DNA of 63,929 nucleotides, filler included, from Circinaria calcarea (lineage: Eukaryota): the NCBI GenBank assembly GCA_051942165.1. It is 27 parts of 27 records of this genome, joined end to end, with 100 filler letters (N's around TTAATTAATTAA, not from the genome) between each part and the next. Parts side by side here need not be neighbours in the genome. Positions count along the whole stretch, not along the records: positions 38,038 to 40,310 come from JAVECS010003717.1; positions 40,411 to 42,679 come from JAVECS010003718.1; positions 42,780 to 45,046 come from JAVECS010003719.1; positions 45,147 to 47,413 come from JAVECS010003720.1; positions 47,514 to 49,779 come from JAVECS010003721.1; positions 49,880 to 52,143 come from JAVECS010003722.1; 21 more parts are not named here. The stretch is one strand, 5' to 3'. Position numbers and translations under genes: made by a program. The notes beneath the pieces are model-generated. The model had not been told where the DNA came from and made no database searches. It was given only the letters and a program-made list of their open reading frames with translations. Of this stretch, positions 38,069 through 49,899 are shown piece by piece. How positions within the stretch are numbered: the first letter of the stretch is position 1; each line of letters starts with the position of its first letter.

Positions 38069-39125
38069 TCACCCGATCATCATGATCCCCACATGCAACC
38101 AGCCATCCAGATACGCAGCCTCGCGGAGCAACTCCTCCACCACCGCCGCCATCGGCAGAACCGCTCCATGCAAGACCGCCTTCGCCAAGACCGGCGTTCG
38201 GCGGCTGGGAAACAACGAAGGGAGGAGCATATGCAACGCCGTCCCTACCGTCTGTGGCTCCCTGCTGTTCGCTTGAAGCGGCGTCACCAGGGACTGCACC
38301 ACCTTCAAATGGCCTGACGCGGGCTGGGAAGCGGACGGGGATGCGGGGAGGTAGATCCGCAGCGGGATATGGCGGAGAGGAGCGCCTTGGGCGTGGAGCA
38401 ATCTTTGATAGATGGGGTTGAAGGAGGCGAAGTCGTCTTTTCGGGGGCCATCTATATATTAGTTGTCTGAAACGTATAAAAATGAAAAAGAAAACCTACG
38501 ATCTTGCACCGCCTGCCACATCTGAGTCGAATCGCTTTTCGACAGCGTCATGATCCCCTTGGCCGTGCCGTTGCGGAGAAAATCCGCCTCCTTGACGCCG
38601 TTGATGTAGGCATCGTGCAGCACTTTCCCCTCTGCATCCAGCCTCACCAGCTGCTCGTCCGGCCACGCGCTAAAATGCACTGTCAGCTTCCACGGTAAAG
38701 TGGCGAGTTCCTCGTCGGGGTGCGTGTCAGCTCTGCCCGTGTGGTGCGGAGCTTGCGCTGGCACGGCACTGGCGAATAGATCGTAAAGCAGGCCGATGGG
38801 ATAATGCCATTTAAGCGGGACGCCTTCGAAGGAAAACCAACCGTCCTGCGAGGGGATCCCGGGGTTGATGAGGAAGGGCGCGAAGAAGGCGAGGAGCCTG
38901 GGCAGGAAGAAGGGCAGGTACGAGAGACGAGGGCAATGGATCTAAAGGGATCTCAGCGGCAATTTTGTCACGCGCATGCGGTGTGAAAGGTTGTGGGGGG
39001 GCTACCAAATACGGGTCTGCTTGGTCATACACTCTGCAGTCGGTTGGGGCGAGTCTGATTTCTAGAGGCAGAGAGCCGTCCCAGACTGCTTCTTGCAGCC
39101 CTTGATGATCTTTCACTTTGGACAT
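38069..39125 (-). CDS. ATG5: Autophagy protein Atg5, complete, 3 exons
   Basis: [58 protein letters not shown] (conjugation Lys), RHIPLRIY and [10 protein letters not shown]. Confidence 0.95.
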
Positions 39126-39299
39126 TGACAGCGATCGAGTTTGCTTCTAATCATGAGGGTGGAAGCATGAGGTTAGGGTACTTTGTCACCGAGCGCAGGA
39201 CATGACACGACATGCACAAATCATTTCAACGTGGGACAGAAAATCAAAGTCATGACGGGAACAGAAGAGCCAAATCATCAAAAATACCAAAGTGAGTCA

Positions 39300-40310
39300 A
39301 AGTGAGGTTGTTGCACTATATTTTCATCTATCGTAATAATATCGAGATAGTAAACCGATATCTCAAAATACTATGACACCCTAACCTCGAAGCAGTCTTA
39401 GCTCGAAGACGCAGATTGAGTGGGTGGACAGCAAAATGTACTAACCAATCAGAGTCCAGCAAGTTACTATTAATAAGCCGGGCAAATCGACCCCCTATTC
39501 CACTGGTAAGTTTTCAAAGGGGTTTGTTTATCCACGCTTTTCACCTCAAAGCACGCAATTTCGCTGCGCTTGTAATCTTACTGTTTTTCTTGCTTATCTT
39601 GCTCTAACTTATTAACCCCAGGAGAAGAAGAGGTTCTTACGAAACTGGGGTTTAAAGGTTGAGCGATCGGGAGGTTAGTATGCGAACGTAGCCGAGGGTT
39701 AAAAGGGTTACTGTGGGAAGAGAGCAACATAGTCGTAGGCCAACAGCAATATCTGCACCTTAATTAGATCATTATAATAGTCGAGCTCAAATACTCGATT
39801 CCATAATTCCGCAAAAAAATATCCAATGATAACTTCTCTACTACCTCTCAAAAGCTCCATCAAATAGCCAAGTCGCAAACAGGAATCAAAGCGTGACCTG
39901 GGCAGCTTGATTTAATTTTGGGATTGTAAAGCCTCTTAAAAGAATATGTTAGTACTGAAATAGGACCTCTGACGTATACGTGTTCTGCCCTGTTCTCCCT
40001 TCGCAACCACCTCCACCAAGTCCAGCTGCAAATAGAAAATAAATATCAATTATATCATCAGCCCACCCTTCATGGTACACATGACGTCTTGATCGTTGCT
40101 GGGACTGGAAACATATTTGTACAACGCGCACAGCGAGCCAAGACTGACCAGCAGGCTTCTCGCATGATTACCCAACATTAGTGATAGAAGAGGCCAAGAT
40201 ATCGTCTAAGCCGCTACCAGCTTTCAAAGATTCGTATCAGGTCTATAACCGGGCTTGAAACTCAAAAACATCAGAAATCCTATAGGTCGTGTATGAACAA
40301 GGAACTCAGT
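39300..40310 (+). ncRNA. Candidate telomerase RNA (TER), 5' portion; ends approximate, truncated by the contig end
   Basis: No credible ORF. Template-like ACCCTAACC (39378-39386) lies 1 nt after a hairpin (39331-39376). CTGTTTTTCTTGCT sits inside nested helices resembling P2a/P2b. Several long hairpins have G-U pairs on the + strand. Confidence 0.7.
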
Positions 40311-40410
40311 NNNNNNNNNNNNNNNNNNNNNNNNNNNNNNNNNNNNNNNNNNNNTTAATTAATTAANNNNNNNNNNNNNNNNNNNNNNNNNNNNNNNNNN
40401 NNNNNNNNNN

Positions 40411-41532
40411 CGCTCCAAGATAATCACTTACGTTCGACGATACTTTGATGAGAAAGATTTCATCGAGGTCGAAACACCCATGATGAATGCCATAGCCGGC
40501 GGTGCGACAGCCAAACCTTTCATTACCCATCATAACGATTTGAATATGGACCTTTTTATGCGTGTAGCACCAGAGCTATATCTTAAGATGCTGGTTGTAG
40601 GAGGTCTCGAGCGCGTCTATGAGATGGGACGGCAATTTCGCAATGAGGGAATCGACTTGACTCATAACCCGGAATTTACCACCTGCGAGTTTTACATCGC
40701 CTATGCGGACGTCTATGATATCATGGACATTACCGAAGAACTGGTCTCTGGGCTTGTACAACACATTACAGGTGGCTATGAAACAAAATATCATACTCAA
40801 ACAGGTGAAGAGTATCAGGTGAATTGGAAGGCGCCATGGAAGCGTGTAGAGATGATTCCAGCTCTCGAAGAAGCATGCGGAGAGAAGTTTCCACCGGGCG
40901 ACCAATTGCATACTACCGAGACCAACGAATTTCTCAAAAGGATGTTGAAAAAAATGAACGTCGAGTGTACACCTCCACAGACAAACGCTCGTATGGTGGA
41001 TAAGCTTGTGGGTGAATTTATTGAAGAAAAATGCGTGAATCCAACGTTTATTACTGGTCACCCACAAATGATGTCTCCGCTTGCAAAATATCATCGTGAT
41101 CTTCCAGGTATTTGCGAACGTTTCGAAGCATTCGTATGCAAGAAGGAGATCGCCAATGCATATACCGAGTTGAACGATCCATTCGATCAGCGCCTACGAT
41201 TCGAAGAACAGGCAAGGCAGAAAGACCAAGGTGATGATGAAGCGCAGATGGTTGACGAGAATTTCTGTACAAGCCTGGAGTTTGGATTGCCTCCTACTGG
41301 AGGTTGGGGCATGGGCATCGATCGTTTGGTGATGTTTTTGACGGATCATTACTCGATCAAAGAGGTTTTGGCGTTCCCGTTCATGAAAGATGAGCAAGTG
41401 CAAGGAAAGGAAAAGAAGACTGCGGCAGAGATTACCGGGGTCACGCCAATCGCCGAGGAAGGTATTCGTAAGTTGTCTTCCGACTCTCGACTCCGCCAGT
41501 GCAAGCTGATGAGTCACACAGCACATAAGTAG
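40411..41532 (+). CDS. KRS1: Lysyl-tRNA synthetase (class II), 3' part
   Basis: [56 protein letters not shown] and [15 protein letters not shown]. Terminal intron at 41468-41521. Confidence 0.96.
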   Translation, partial: RSKIITYVRRYFDEKDFIEVETPMMNAIAGGATAKPFITHHNDLNMDLFMRVAPELYLKMLVVGGLERVYEMGRQFRNEGIDLTHNPEFTTCEFYIAYADVYDIMDITEELVSGLVQHITGGYETKYHTQTGEEYQVNWKAPWKRVEMIPALEEACGEKFPPGDQLHTTETNEFLKRMLKKMNVECTPPQTNARMVDKLVGEFIEEKCVNPTFITGHPQMMSPLAKYHRDLPGICERFEAFVCKKEIANAYTELNDPFDQRLRFEEQARQKDQGDDEAQMVDENFCTSLEFGLPPTGGWGMGIDRLVMFLTDHYSIKEVLAFPFMKDEQVQGKEKKTAAEITGVTPIAEEGIRKLSSDSRLRQCKLMSHTAHK

Positions 41533-42223
41533 ACTACTGGCTTTGTGATAGTTGATCGATAACTGCCGACCTGTGTCTTCGAGCTGTATATTTGGTACTG
41601 CCATGTCTATTACCCAAGAAAAACAACAATACGGTTCATCAGAAGGAGCAGTCTACGAGGAACCACCGTGATCCAATGTGATTCGAATCAGACTTATTTT
41701 CCAAAGTCACTGCTCGTGTATCCGAATAACCTCTAGTTGGATTGTCAACCTATACCCAACCCTAGGAGAGAAATTTCTACAATCTCAATTATTTATTGAC
41801 GTTTTCCTATGTATTGTGATGCCCTGTCCTACTCTCCTTCAGTTTGGGATACGATTCAGGACTCATGCTTCATACCAGAAGAAAGATGAAGGGATAGAGC
41901 AATTCACGGTTGTCCAGCTTCACGTTTGGCGTCTGTATGTGTGAGAAATAACCGCCATTCACAGGCCAGGGTTATCTACTTAAGGAGTCACATATCCCCT
42001 CTCTCCCAACTTTCCCAGCTATTTGTGTCTTCCCATCGGATTCGCATACATCTAATCATACTATGATTCCATATCTCTGTCCATCCCAACTCTATCAGCA
42101 CCTTTTTGTACCTGAATCTGTCTCATCAGTGTCTGTCATATCATAGTGATTTACCTCTACCGATACTATTTATCTTAAGTAGTATCATCTGCCAGACCTG
42201 GCGACCGACGGTAGTCTAGTTAC

Positions 42224-42679
42224 ATGTCTCGCAAAGTTCACTCGACATGGATAGAGGTGCAAATTCATACAGCCAAATGCGACCGTTGCAACAAGCATAA
42301 CAAGGGAATCCTGTATCGATGTAGTAGCTGTGGTTTCCAGATCTGCACGCCTTGTAGAGAAGCAGACCCTGAAGACGGTGAGCATACGATGAACGGTGGT
42401 AACGGGCTAAGAAGGACTAGACTATCGGTGCCTCTGCTAGGGAGACAGTCGTCTGATACGTCCTCTCTCGGAGAAACCTCGCGCAGACGTCAAAAGAGAA
42501 AGAGGCGCAAAACATTTGGTACAGACGAGGAGGATCTGGACGAGGATTGGAATGACACCGTGGATACCCAGAGGCAACTCAAGCGGCGTGATATCCGCAC
42601 CGAGGAGAGTATTGGTGCTAGCCAAACAAGATCGACGTCCAAGGTTCGCCATTGCCCGGTCTCAAGGTGTGATTCTTAA
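42224..42679 (+). CDS. Hypothetical protein with an N-terminal Cys-rich putative zinc-binding motif (3'-truncated)
   Basis: HTAKCDRCNKHNKGILYRCSSCGFQICTPC followed by a basic NLS-like RRRQKRKRRK. Confidence 0.6.
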   Translation: MSRKVHSTWIEVQIHTAKCDRCNKHNKGILYRCSSCGFQICTPCREADPEDGEHTMNGGNGLRRTRLSVPLLGRQSSDTSSLGETSRRRQKRKRRKTFGTDEEDLDEDWNDTVDTQRQLKRRDIRTEESIGASQTRSTSKVRHCPVSRCDS

Positions 42680-42779
42680 NNNNNNNNNNNNNNNNNNNNN
42701 NNNNNNNNNNNNNNNNNNNNNNNTTAATTAATTAANNNNNNNNNNNNNNNNNNNNNNNNNNNNNNNNNNNNNNNNNNNN

Positions 42780-43627
42780 GATTCGAATAGGACCCTTCTT
42801 TCCCATTCGTTGGCGTCGAGATTTTCCAACACCGTACCCCTTTCTTCTCCTATCTCTAAGACCTTTAAGATCAAGCTTAGTATGGTTCTTCACCCCAAAC
42901 CAAAAGAGGAACATCATCAAAACGAAAAAGCCAATGCCAACTGGTATTCCTATTTGCAGGCCTAGCCTATTTGGTGCAGGGCTTTTTGATCCAGGTAGAT
43001 GTTCAAGTGGGGGTTTTGTTATGGATATAACCGGACCCAAAATAGGCTCTCTTGGGGAATCAGTAGAACCACCCACACTATCATAAGGCACTAGCGTTAA
43101 GCTTATATTGTTTCTGCTCTTGCCCTGAAGCCAATCTTGGGAGACACCGAAGGTGACATAGCCAAGCGAAGCCACTATTTTCTCCAGGGATGTTACATGC
43201 CCCCCTTTGGATCCTGTAACGTTGACATAGTCAAGTTCAATATTGACCAACTCGTTACCTAAGAATTGAGAAGCATCCCAGGTCACTAAAATGATACCTC
43301 TCAATTAGCATGAGCGCCCAATTCTGAGTTTAGAAACTGACCATAATATGAATCTCCTGGATATTTGTCGCTACCATTAAGAGGCCGACAGAACGGCGGG
43401 TACGCTTTTTGGACCTCGCCCGTAGTACAGTTAGGGAACGTTGTCCCTGGTAGAGTGCTTGCTCCATTCGTGGCAGTAGCACCTGGAGCCGCAGCACTCA
43501 AAGTACTTGGCGCTAGATCTGGGTCTACGGTCCCGCTAAGTGTGGTAGCGGCTGCGGTGGCGGTAGCCGAGAATGAGGAGGTGATCAAAGCTGCTAGAAA
43601 GAAGGTAATAATGTTAATGGATAGCAA
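42780..43627 (-). CDS. Type I membrane protein (signal peptide, Cys-containing ectodomain, single TM), 2 exons, 3'-truncated
   Basis: FPNCT..PFCRPLNGS..YY-VTWD, TM GLQIGIPVGIGFFVLMMFLFW and a basic tail KGYGVGKSRRQR. Confidence 0.7.
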
Positions 43628-44273
43628 ATTAGGTAATAACAGATCTCTGCGGACATGCCGAATAAAGGTTCAGAAAGAGGGAATGCCCACATGTGCTATC
43701 TGCTCGGCGCTGAACTGGGTCGGCCAAGGCTGAACCATGAAAGATAAAAGACGCGTAAAGTATCCAGAGAGCTTGAGCAGAAGCCCTCGGGCGAGAGTAG
43801 TACCGCATGGTGAGTTGCAAAAGACACCTAAGGCAAGTAGTACTGATTAACGGAGGAAATAAGTGACTGATATTACAAGGAGCAAGGTAGCGTGCGGTCT
43901 TGGGAGGTATACATAAAAGGGAAACTGAATAGCAATCTGTAGCAATGAGGAAGCAAGTTGTATTTAAGAGAAAGAGAACAAGCAATGAGAGAGATATTAA
44001 GATGCGATATTCACTGTCGAGGGGCTTTAAATTCGAACCACCAACCCCTTGCTAAGGTTGCATAATCGGGCCGCAAGAGCGTCCTCGGGCCGAGGACTAG
44101 CCTTGGCCATATCTCGAGTATTAGCCGCCGAAGCGGCCGTAGGAGAGACTGTCCAAGGCAGCTATCTACTCTATCTTCCTTCAACCCTCGAGGCTCCACC
44201 CATGTCATACACTGACTTGACGACTTGACTCATCCAAAACCTCTCCTCCTGTCCTCCTGTTTCCTCAATCATC

Positions 44274-45013
44274 ATGCATCCAACTCAATCCCTCCTCCTC
44301 CTCCTCGCGCTCCCCTCCCTCATAACCGCGCAGTCCCAAAAACCCCTGGGCGAAAAGGTCGGCGATAACCTCCAAAACTGGCTCAACAAAGCCAAAGCCT
44401 ACCTTCCCACCTCTGTCACCTCCCCCGTCGATACCGGCGCAGCCAGAGTTGCCGCTAAGAACGTAACTCCCCTTACCAAAGACAATTGGCAATCCGTCCT
44501 CAGCCCCAGCTCCTCGGCAGCCGCGAGCTCAGGCCCAGAAGCATGGATGGTCTTCGTTACGGGTGGGAACAAGACTTGTTACGGGCAATGCGGAGGCGTC
44601 GAAGCAGCGTGGAACGAATCCGCTACTGCGTTCGCTGCTGATCCTACCGCGCCGAATCTGGCTTCTCTCAATTGCGACACGGCTGCGGTTCTGTGCACCA
44701 TTTGGGCAGCTGGACCACCAGCGATCTGGTATATCGAAGTTCCGGTTACGGCTATGCATCAGTCCAGACCAGCTACGACGATTCATATCGTTCCCTTGAA
44801 TACTACGACCTCCACAGCGCAAGAGATTATCGAGATCCACTATGGTAAGACCTATGAAAAGAGAAGCGTCTACGAAGGCGCATTTCATCCATTTGATGGA
44901 TGGCTCGCCAAGTTTGGATTGAACGTTCCACTGGGATATGTTCTTTTCGGGTTCTCAATGCTCCCGAGTTGGATGTTCATGATCTTGATCAGTTTTGTGA
45001 GCAGGACTGTGAT
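44274..45013 (+). CDS. Secretory-pathway thioredoxin-like membrane protein (last exon missing)
   Basis: Signal peptide, LTKDNWQSVL, WMVFVTGGNKTCYGQC, LNCD..LCTIW and a C-terminal TM, ending at a GTACGT donor near 45014. Confidence 0.7.
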
Positions 45014-45146
45014 GTACGTTAATATCTGATATCAATGCAATTTGTANNNNNNNNNNNNNNNNNNNNNNNNNNNNNNNNNNNNNNNNNNNNTTAATTAATT
45101 AANNNNNNNNNNNNNNNNNNNNNNNNNNNNNNNNNNNNNNNNNNNN

Positions 45147-46281
45147 CTTCCACCCCCGACCTCACAACCCTCCATCCCTCCCCTCGTCTAACCCAAAGGA
45201 CCACACATCCCACCACCACCGCATCAACCAGTAAATGTCTAATTGTCACCCACACCAACCACAGCATCCAAGCGCCCATGCCCCTCCTCTTGCCTCGCTG
45301 CGAGGAGAAAACCCGCTTCGCTTCCATCTGCTCCCGCAATGCCGCGATCTCGGCGGTGATTTTCACAAGCAAGGATTCGACGCGGCGGCGCCATTGGGGG
45401 TTATCCAGGGATGCACGGTCGGCAACACGGGGAGCGGTGGTATCTTCGAAGCCTGCATCGGCCCTTGTATTCCCATCGTCGTCCTCCTCCTCCTCCTCAC
45501 TCGCCGGTCTTAGGACACGTAATGCCTCGTCACCTCTCCTGTCCTCCTCACCTTTACCATAGCTCTGCCCGCTCGAATTCCCACTCCCGCTCGCATCCGA
45601 ATTCGCCTTCACCTGGTCCCAAACGAATTCCAATTCGGCGACGAGCTCCCGCGCTTCGGGCGTCGAAGAGGCGTATTTATGCATGGTGGCGATCAGAGTG
45701 CTGATGTAGGCTCGTTTTGCCGCAGTACGGGAGAGGCCGTGTTGGGCGGACCAGGCGTCCCTATGGTTCGAGGATTGGTCAGTGAGGGCGCAGAAATGTT
45801 TGTAGACAAGGATTCAGAGTAGCAGTATTGGCACCGTGCCCCTAGCGCGAACGTGCGATATGCGGTATAAAGCTGAGACCTCTCAGCTTAGCTGCCATCG
45901 TCACGTTTACTCAGTGGAGTAGTGTCCTTGCCCTTTGGCCCCCTGTATCACGACCTTCCCCTCCTGTAGCTTACCATTTCTCTACCTCCGCTTTCTCCTC
46001 CCCCCTTCCCGACTCATCCCCGCCATCATTCCTCGAGATCACAGGCCTCTTCATCACGCCCTCCACGTCCCCCTCCATACTTTGCTTGTAAAGTCCATAC
46101 AGCTTCAGCCGATCCGACGAAGGCGGGCGCGCGGAGCCGGTGCGGGGGATTTTCTTGACAGTATTGAGAGCGTGCACGAAGACACGGTCTGGGTGAGCAG
46201 GATGGGTTAGAGGGCGAGCGATGAAGAGGGGAAAGTAGGGGCAATGACGGGGAGACAGGACGTACCTATGGAATCAGACAT
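45147..46281 (-). CDS. Acyl-CoA-binding-domain membrane protein (Atg37/ACBD5-like), 3'-truncated
   Basis: MSDSI-DRVFVHALNTVKKIP..RLKLYGLYKQSMEGD..EKW-DAW..GLSRTAAKRAYI, a coiled coil and a C-terminal TM. The second intron spans 45761-45974. Confidence 0.88.
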
Positions 46282-47052
46282 TTTTGAGTGGGGCGAGGGG
46301 AGAAGAACTTTACGAATTGGGTTATCGGAGCTGCATTTGGAATGATCGAGTAGTCTCGAGGATGTATGATGAGATCCAGAGACCGTTGGGGAGTCTTGTA
46401 ATCAGTTTGTTCAGAAAAGGGTAAAGTGGTGTTATCCACACCGTGGATATCGTTCTTATTATTACTTGAAAGAAAGAGTCTCACAGAGTCATGTTGGAGG
46501 GCCCGCCTGGTTATTTCTCGACTACTTCGTACAAATGTAGTTTATAGGCCATAAAGAGTGCTCAGTGTACCGAGGCAAAGTCGAGGGTCTAGACGGTATC
46601 ACAATCGACTAGCGAACTACTACTTGTAATGCCGAAGTATTTTCAAGCCTCGATGAACAAATTATGTTACAGTATGCAACCGCCAATCATCTAGACCCTA
46701 GACCCTATACGTAATGGGCCCTCCTTCACCTCTATTCTTACACTCTCAATCAAGTCCTTGACAGCTATCCTTTCCATCATAGTTTGAGGCTTGCAATCGA
46801 TGAATCTGAAGAAAATCTGTGCAAGAGATACGTTCCCAACGTACTAATATCCTTGTGGATGCAGCGTATGAAGGCATATGATCCCAACTCCTGATGGAGA
46901 GGACAACAGACAAATGCAAGCCAACCAGCTGTTGCTGGTAGGCGGGTATCTCATATACGATAACGGAAATATCGATCGCCTATATGCTCCTCGTTATGTG
47001 TGCGGCTTTAGGCGATATTGTCCAGCTTCGACTCGAGGAAAAGACCTTCAGC

Positions 47053-47413
47053 TCAGGCTTGCTCGTCCTTTTCCGGCAACTTTTTCCACTCCTTTTCAGA
47101 GGGATCCCAGCGATGACTAAACAAGGGTCATATGTGAGCCGACTTAACCAAGAAAGAGGACCACTCTACTTTTGTGGTACTAACCCTTCAATATTGGTCA
47201 CCACCAACGCTTTTTCTTCGTATTCTTCCATCAAGATACGGTCATATGCATAAGGTACCTTTGCAATCGTGTCCTCGTACGTTGTTTCCCTCATCGGATA
47301 GAGATCTCGCACTCTATATCGATGGAGATTCTTGCAGCTCCAGATTCCGGGCTGCACATCCGGATGTGTTTCGCTTAGACCAGTGATATCAATGTACAAA
47401 CCGTTGTGTACAT
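47053..47413 (-). CDS. LicD/Mnn4-like nucleotidyltransferase-fold protein, C-terminal fragment
   Basis: NGLYIDITGL..CKNLHRY..DLYPMRETTYE..KVPYAY..LMEEY..AL, plus a short last exon HRWDPSEKEWK. Confidence 0.8.
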
Positions 47414-47513
47414 NNNNNNNNNNNNNNNNNNNNNNNNNNNNNNNNNNNNNNNNNNNNTTAATTAATTAANNNNNNNNNNNNNNNNNNNNNNNNNNNNNNN
47501 NNNNNNNNNNNNN

Positions 47514-48088
47514 GGGATTGGATTGGGGGTGTGAAGGTGTACCAGGGCGTGGAGACACAGACGGGGACGTAGGCACGGAGGCCAAGGCAGCTTTGGCCGA
47601 CGTCGCTGGAGTGGGGAGGTTAGCAGGGAAGAGGGAATTCTGAATAGAGGGGGGGGGTTTAAGGCTATGATGAAGGGGTAAGCTTACGGGTTCCAGTAGT
47701 AGAATTGTGAGAGGGTGAAGGATTGGAACTGCTCGGCAATGGCGGTGCAGGTGTCGCCAGATTGGACGAGGTAGGTTTCTGTGCCTGTTTGCAGAGTCAA
47801 AAAGGCGAGGTTAGCGTTGGGGAGTTTTGGAAGCAGAGGAAAAGGAAACAGGCAGACGGACAGTCAGAGGGCGTGTGGTAGCAGACGGAGCCGGCAGCGA
47901 CGCTGTTGTACTGGGTACCTAGTTGAGTTGTCAGCCGAATCGCGTGCGAAGATGAGGCAGCAAAAGGGGGGAGGGGGCTGCGTACAGTTGTCTTGACGCT
48001 TGAAATTGTGGTTCTCAAGGGACGGAAGAGGATTGCAGAGCGCGGCACCTGCCAGGAGGGCGAGAGGGAGGAGAGAGAACGACAGCAT
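47514..48088 (-). CDS. Secreted LysM-domain protein (at least 4 exons, 3'-truncated)
   Basis: Spliced product MLSFSLLPLALLAGAALC..KRQDNCTQY..CTETYLVQSGDTCTAIAEQFQSFTLSQFYYWNPDVGQSCLGLRAYVPVCV matches the fungal LysM consensus. Confidence 0.85.
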
Positions 48089-49488
48089 GATGAGATGGAG
48101 TGTGCAGGTTCTTAGTGAGCCTTGAACGGGTAGGGTGTTGCTTGTCTTCGGACTCGAGTGTGATAGAAGGACGTGTTCCGGAGGGCTTCTGTAGTCACGC
48201 ACATCTCGCCTTGTTCGACGGCTCCCGTCTTCTTATTTATATTCTACCTCCATGACTGTAGAGGCTGAAGTGGCAAACTGATCTTGTTCATTCCCGGTCT
48301 AGAGCCAACAGTACCGCGTGCAGAAAAGGATGATCGAGTCAGCAATCCGGAAATTGCTCATTCCTTCAGCTTCAATAAGACGGTAAAGGAAATTTGTCGA
48401 CAGCTGTGGAAGATCAGGAGCCTCGCCTTAGGGCTTACATGGAATCCCTAGCGCAACGGCTCGTCAGTGGCTTCCCCCTGAGCTAGCGGCTCGGAAGCAG
48501 CACCACACTAAGCCAATGACAGTTAACTCCCATGCTACCACAGTCGAGTGATGGACCCACATTCAGCTTCAGGTATATTCTCTCCAAGACATTGTTCCTC
48601 GGAGGGGGTATCTACAGTACTCTGTGTGAGCTGTTCCCTCCCTCAAAGCCGGCTTTGCTGTCAATGCCCCCATGGATATCGCTGCTTCATCCTCTCAGAC
48701 AGACGTTGACGACGTAGGCACATACCGCCAGGACAGAAGCTTCCATCACAGTAAAAATGACCGCCAGGGCTAGCATTACTTGTACTTGACATCAGTCGTG
48801 GTAGGGGTAGGTAGGGCTGTCCAAGACCCTGCATTGCACAATAAAGCTACGGTGAGTATCCCTGAAGCTGTTGCTCTGGCGGAGCGAACCGTGCGACTCT
48901 AGCTTCTGGTCCGTACCAACCTAGCTTTATCGATCCAACGTTGTCCGTTTCCGTATTGCAGGTCGGACCTTTCTGGGATTTTTGGCTACGGACGTATTTT
49001 CTTCCAAGTTCCAGAGTAGATCTGATTGGCCGGGCGGATAAGAGCTCAGCACTACAAAATACCTGTTGACCGCATAGAAATCCTCCCCTTCCTGCGCCAG
49101 GCCGTTATAATATGCTTTAGAGCCAGGACTCGGTCTAAAAGTGCCATTTGTTTTGCCACTCAGCCCGCTTCATCATACCAATAGTACGTAGGCTTGGGGG
49201 GGCGGTGGCGGTTTAGATATCCCACAGGGTGGAGTGGGTGGATGAGATCGAATACCAGCCACCTTTTTCCATTCCGAATGTTCCGATACAGCATTCCTAC
49301 CCAGCGCGGATATATCCCTCTGCTGACTATCAAGACGTGCAAGTCTGACGCTTTTCGTAACATGCTGAACACGAGGCTCTGCGGAGTACCTTTCGAAAAG
49401 GTTTACAGTAGCCCAATCCCGCTCAATGGGGACAAACGGTAAGGAGAGGCTGCTTCCAAGGTTTCACGCAAAGAGGCTAGCTACCTGA

Positions 49489-49779
49489 TCAGGAGAAAAA
49501 CAGCTTCTCAAGTACCCCTCCCCGGAACCACTCCCTGTTCTTCTCCCAGGCGTTCCTCACGAAATCCCTTCCAACCTCCACACACCCGACCAGCTGCTCC
49601 TTGGTCCCCCATCCATCATTCTCCCCGCTTCTGCACGGCCACACGACTAGGTGCACGCCGAAGCGCAGTGCCACCTCGTAGGCTTCTTCGTCTGCCATCT
49701 TCCCATATGCTTCCAGAAAGGCTTCGATCATGTAGAGGCCAGCATCGACCCCTCGGAAATGGCTTGGCAGGTACAGCTC
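49489..49779 (-). CDS. APH/methylthioribose-kinase-like phosphotransferase, C-terminal fragment
   Basis: Pattern ELYLPSHFRGVDAG..MIEAFLEAYG..ALRFGVHLVVW..GRDFVRNAW..REWF. The catalytic motifs are not in the contig. Confidence 0.6.
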   Translation of the reverse strand, partial: ELYLPSHFRGVDAGLYMIEAFLEAYGKMADEEAYEVALRFGVHLVVWPCRSGENDGWGTKEQLVGCVEVGRDFVRNAWEKNREWFRGGVLEKLFFS

Positions 49780-49899
49780 NNNNNNNNNNNNNNNNNNNNN
49801 NNNNNNNNNNNNNNNNNNNNNNNTTAATTAATTAANNNNNNNNNNNNNNNNNNNNNNNNNNNNNNNNNNNNNNNNNNNNGGTGTCTCGAGCCCCTGTGC

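Noticed and set aside
40286..40310. ACAAGGAACUCAGU resembling RNase MRP/P CR-V
   Set aside because: No complementary CR-I/P4 5' strand was found upstream, and the telomerase RNA interpretation explains more features.
31431..41604. Long antisense ORFs over AsnRS, LysRS and other genes
   Set aside because: These are shadow ORFs expected from the codon bias of the real genes.
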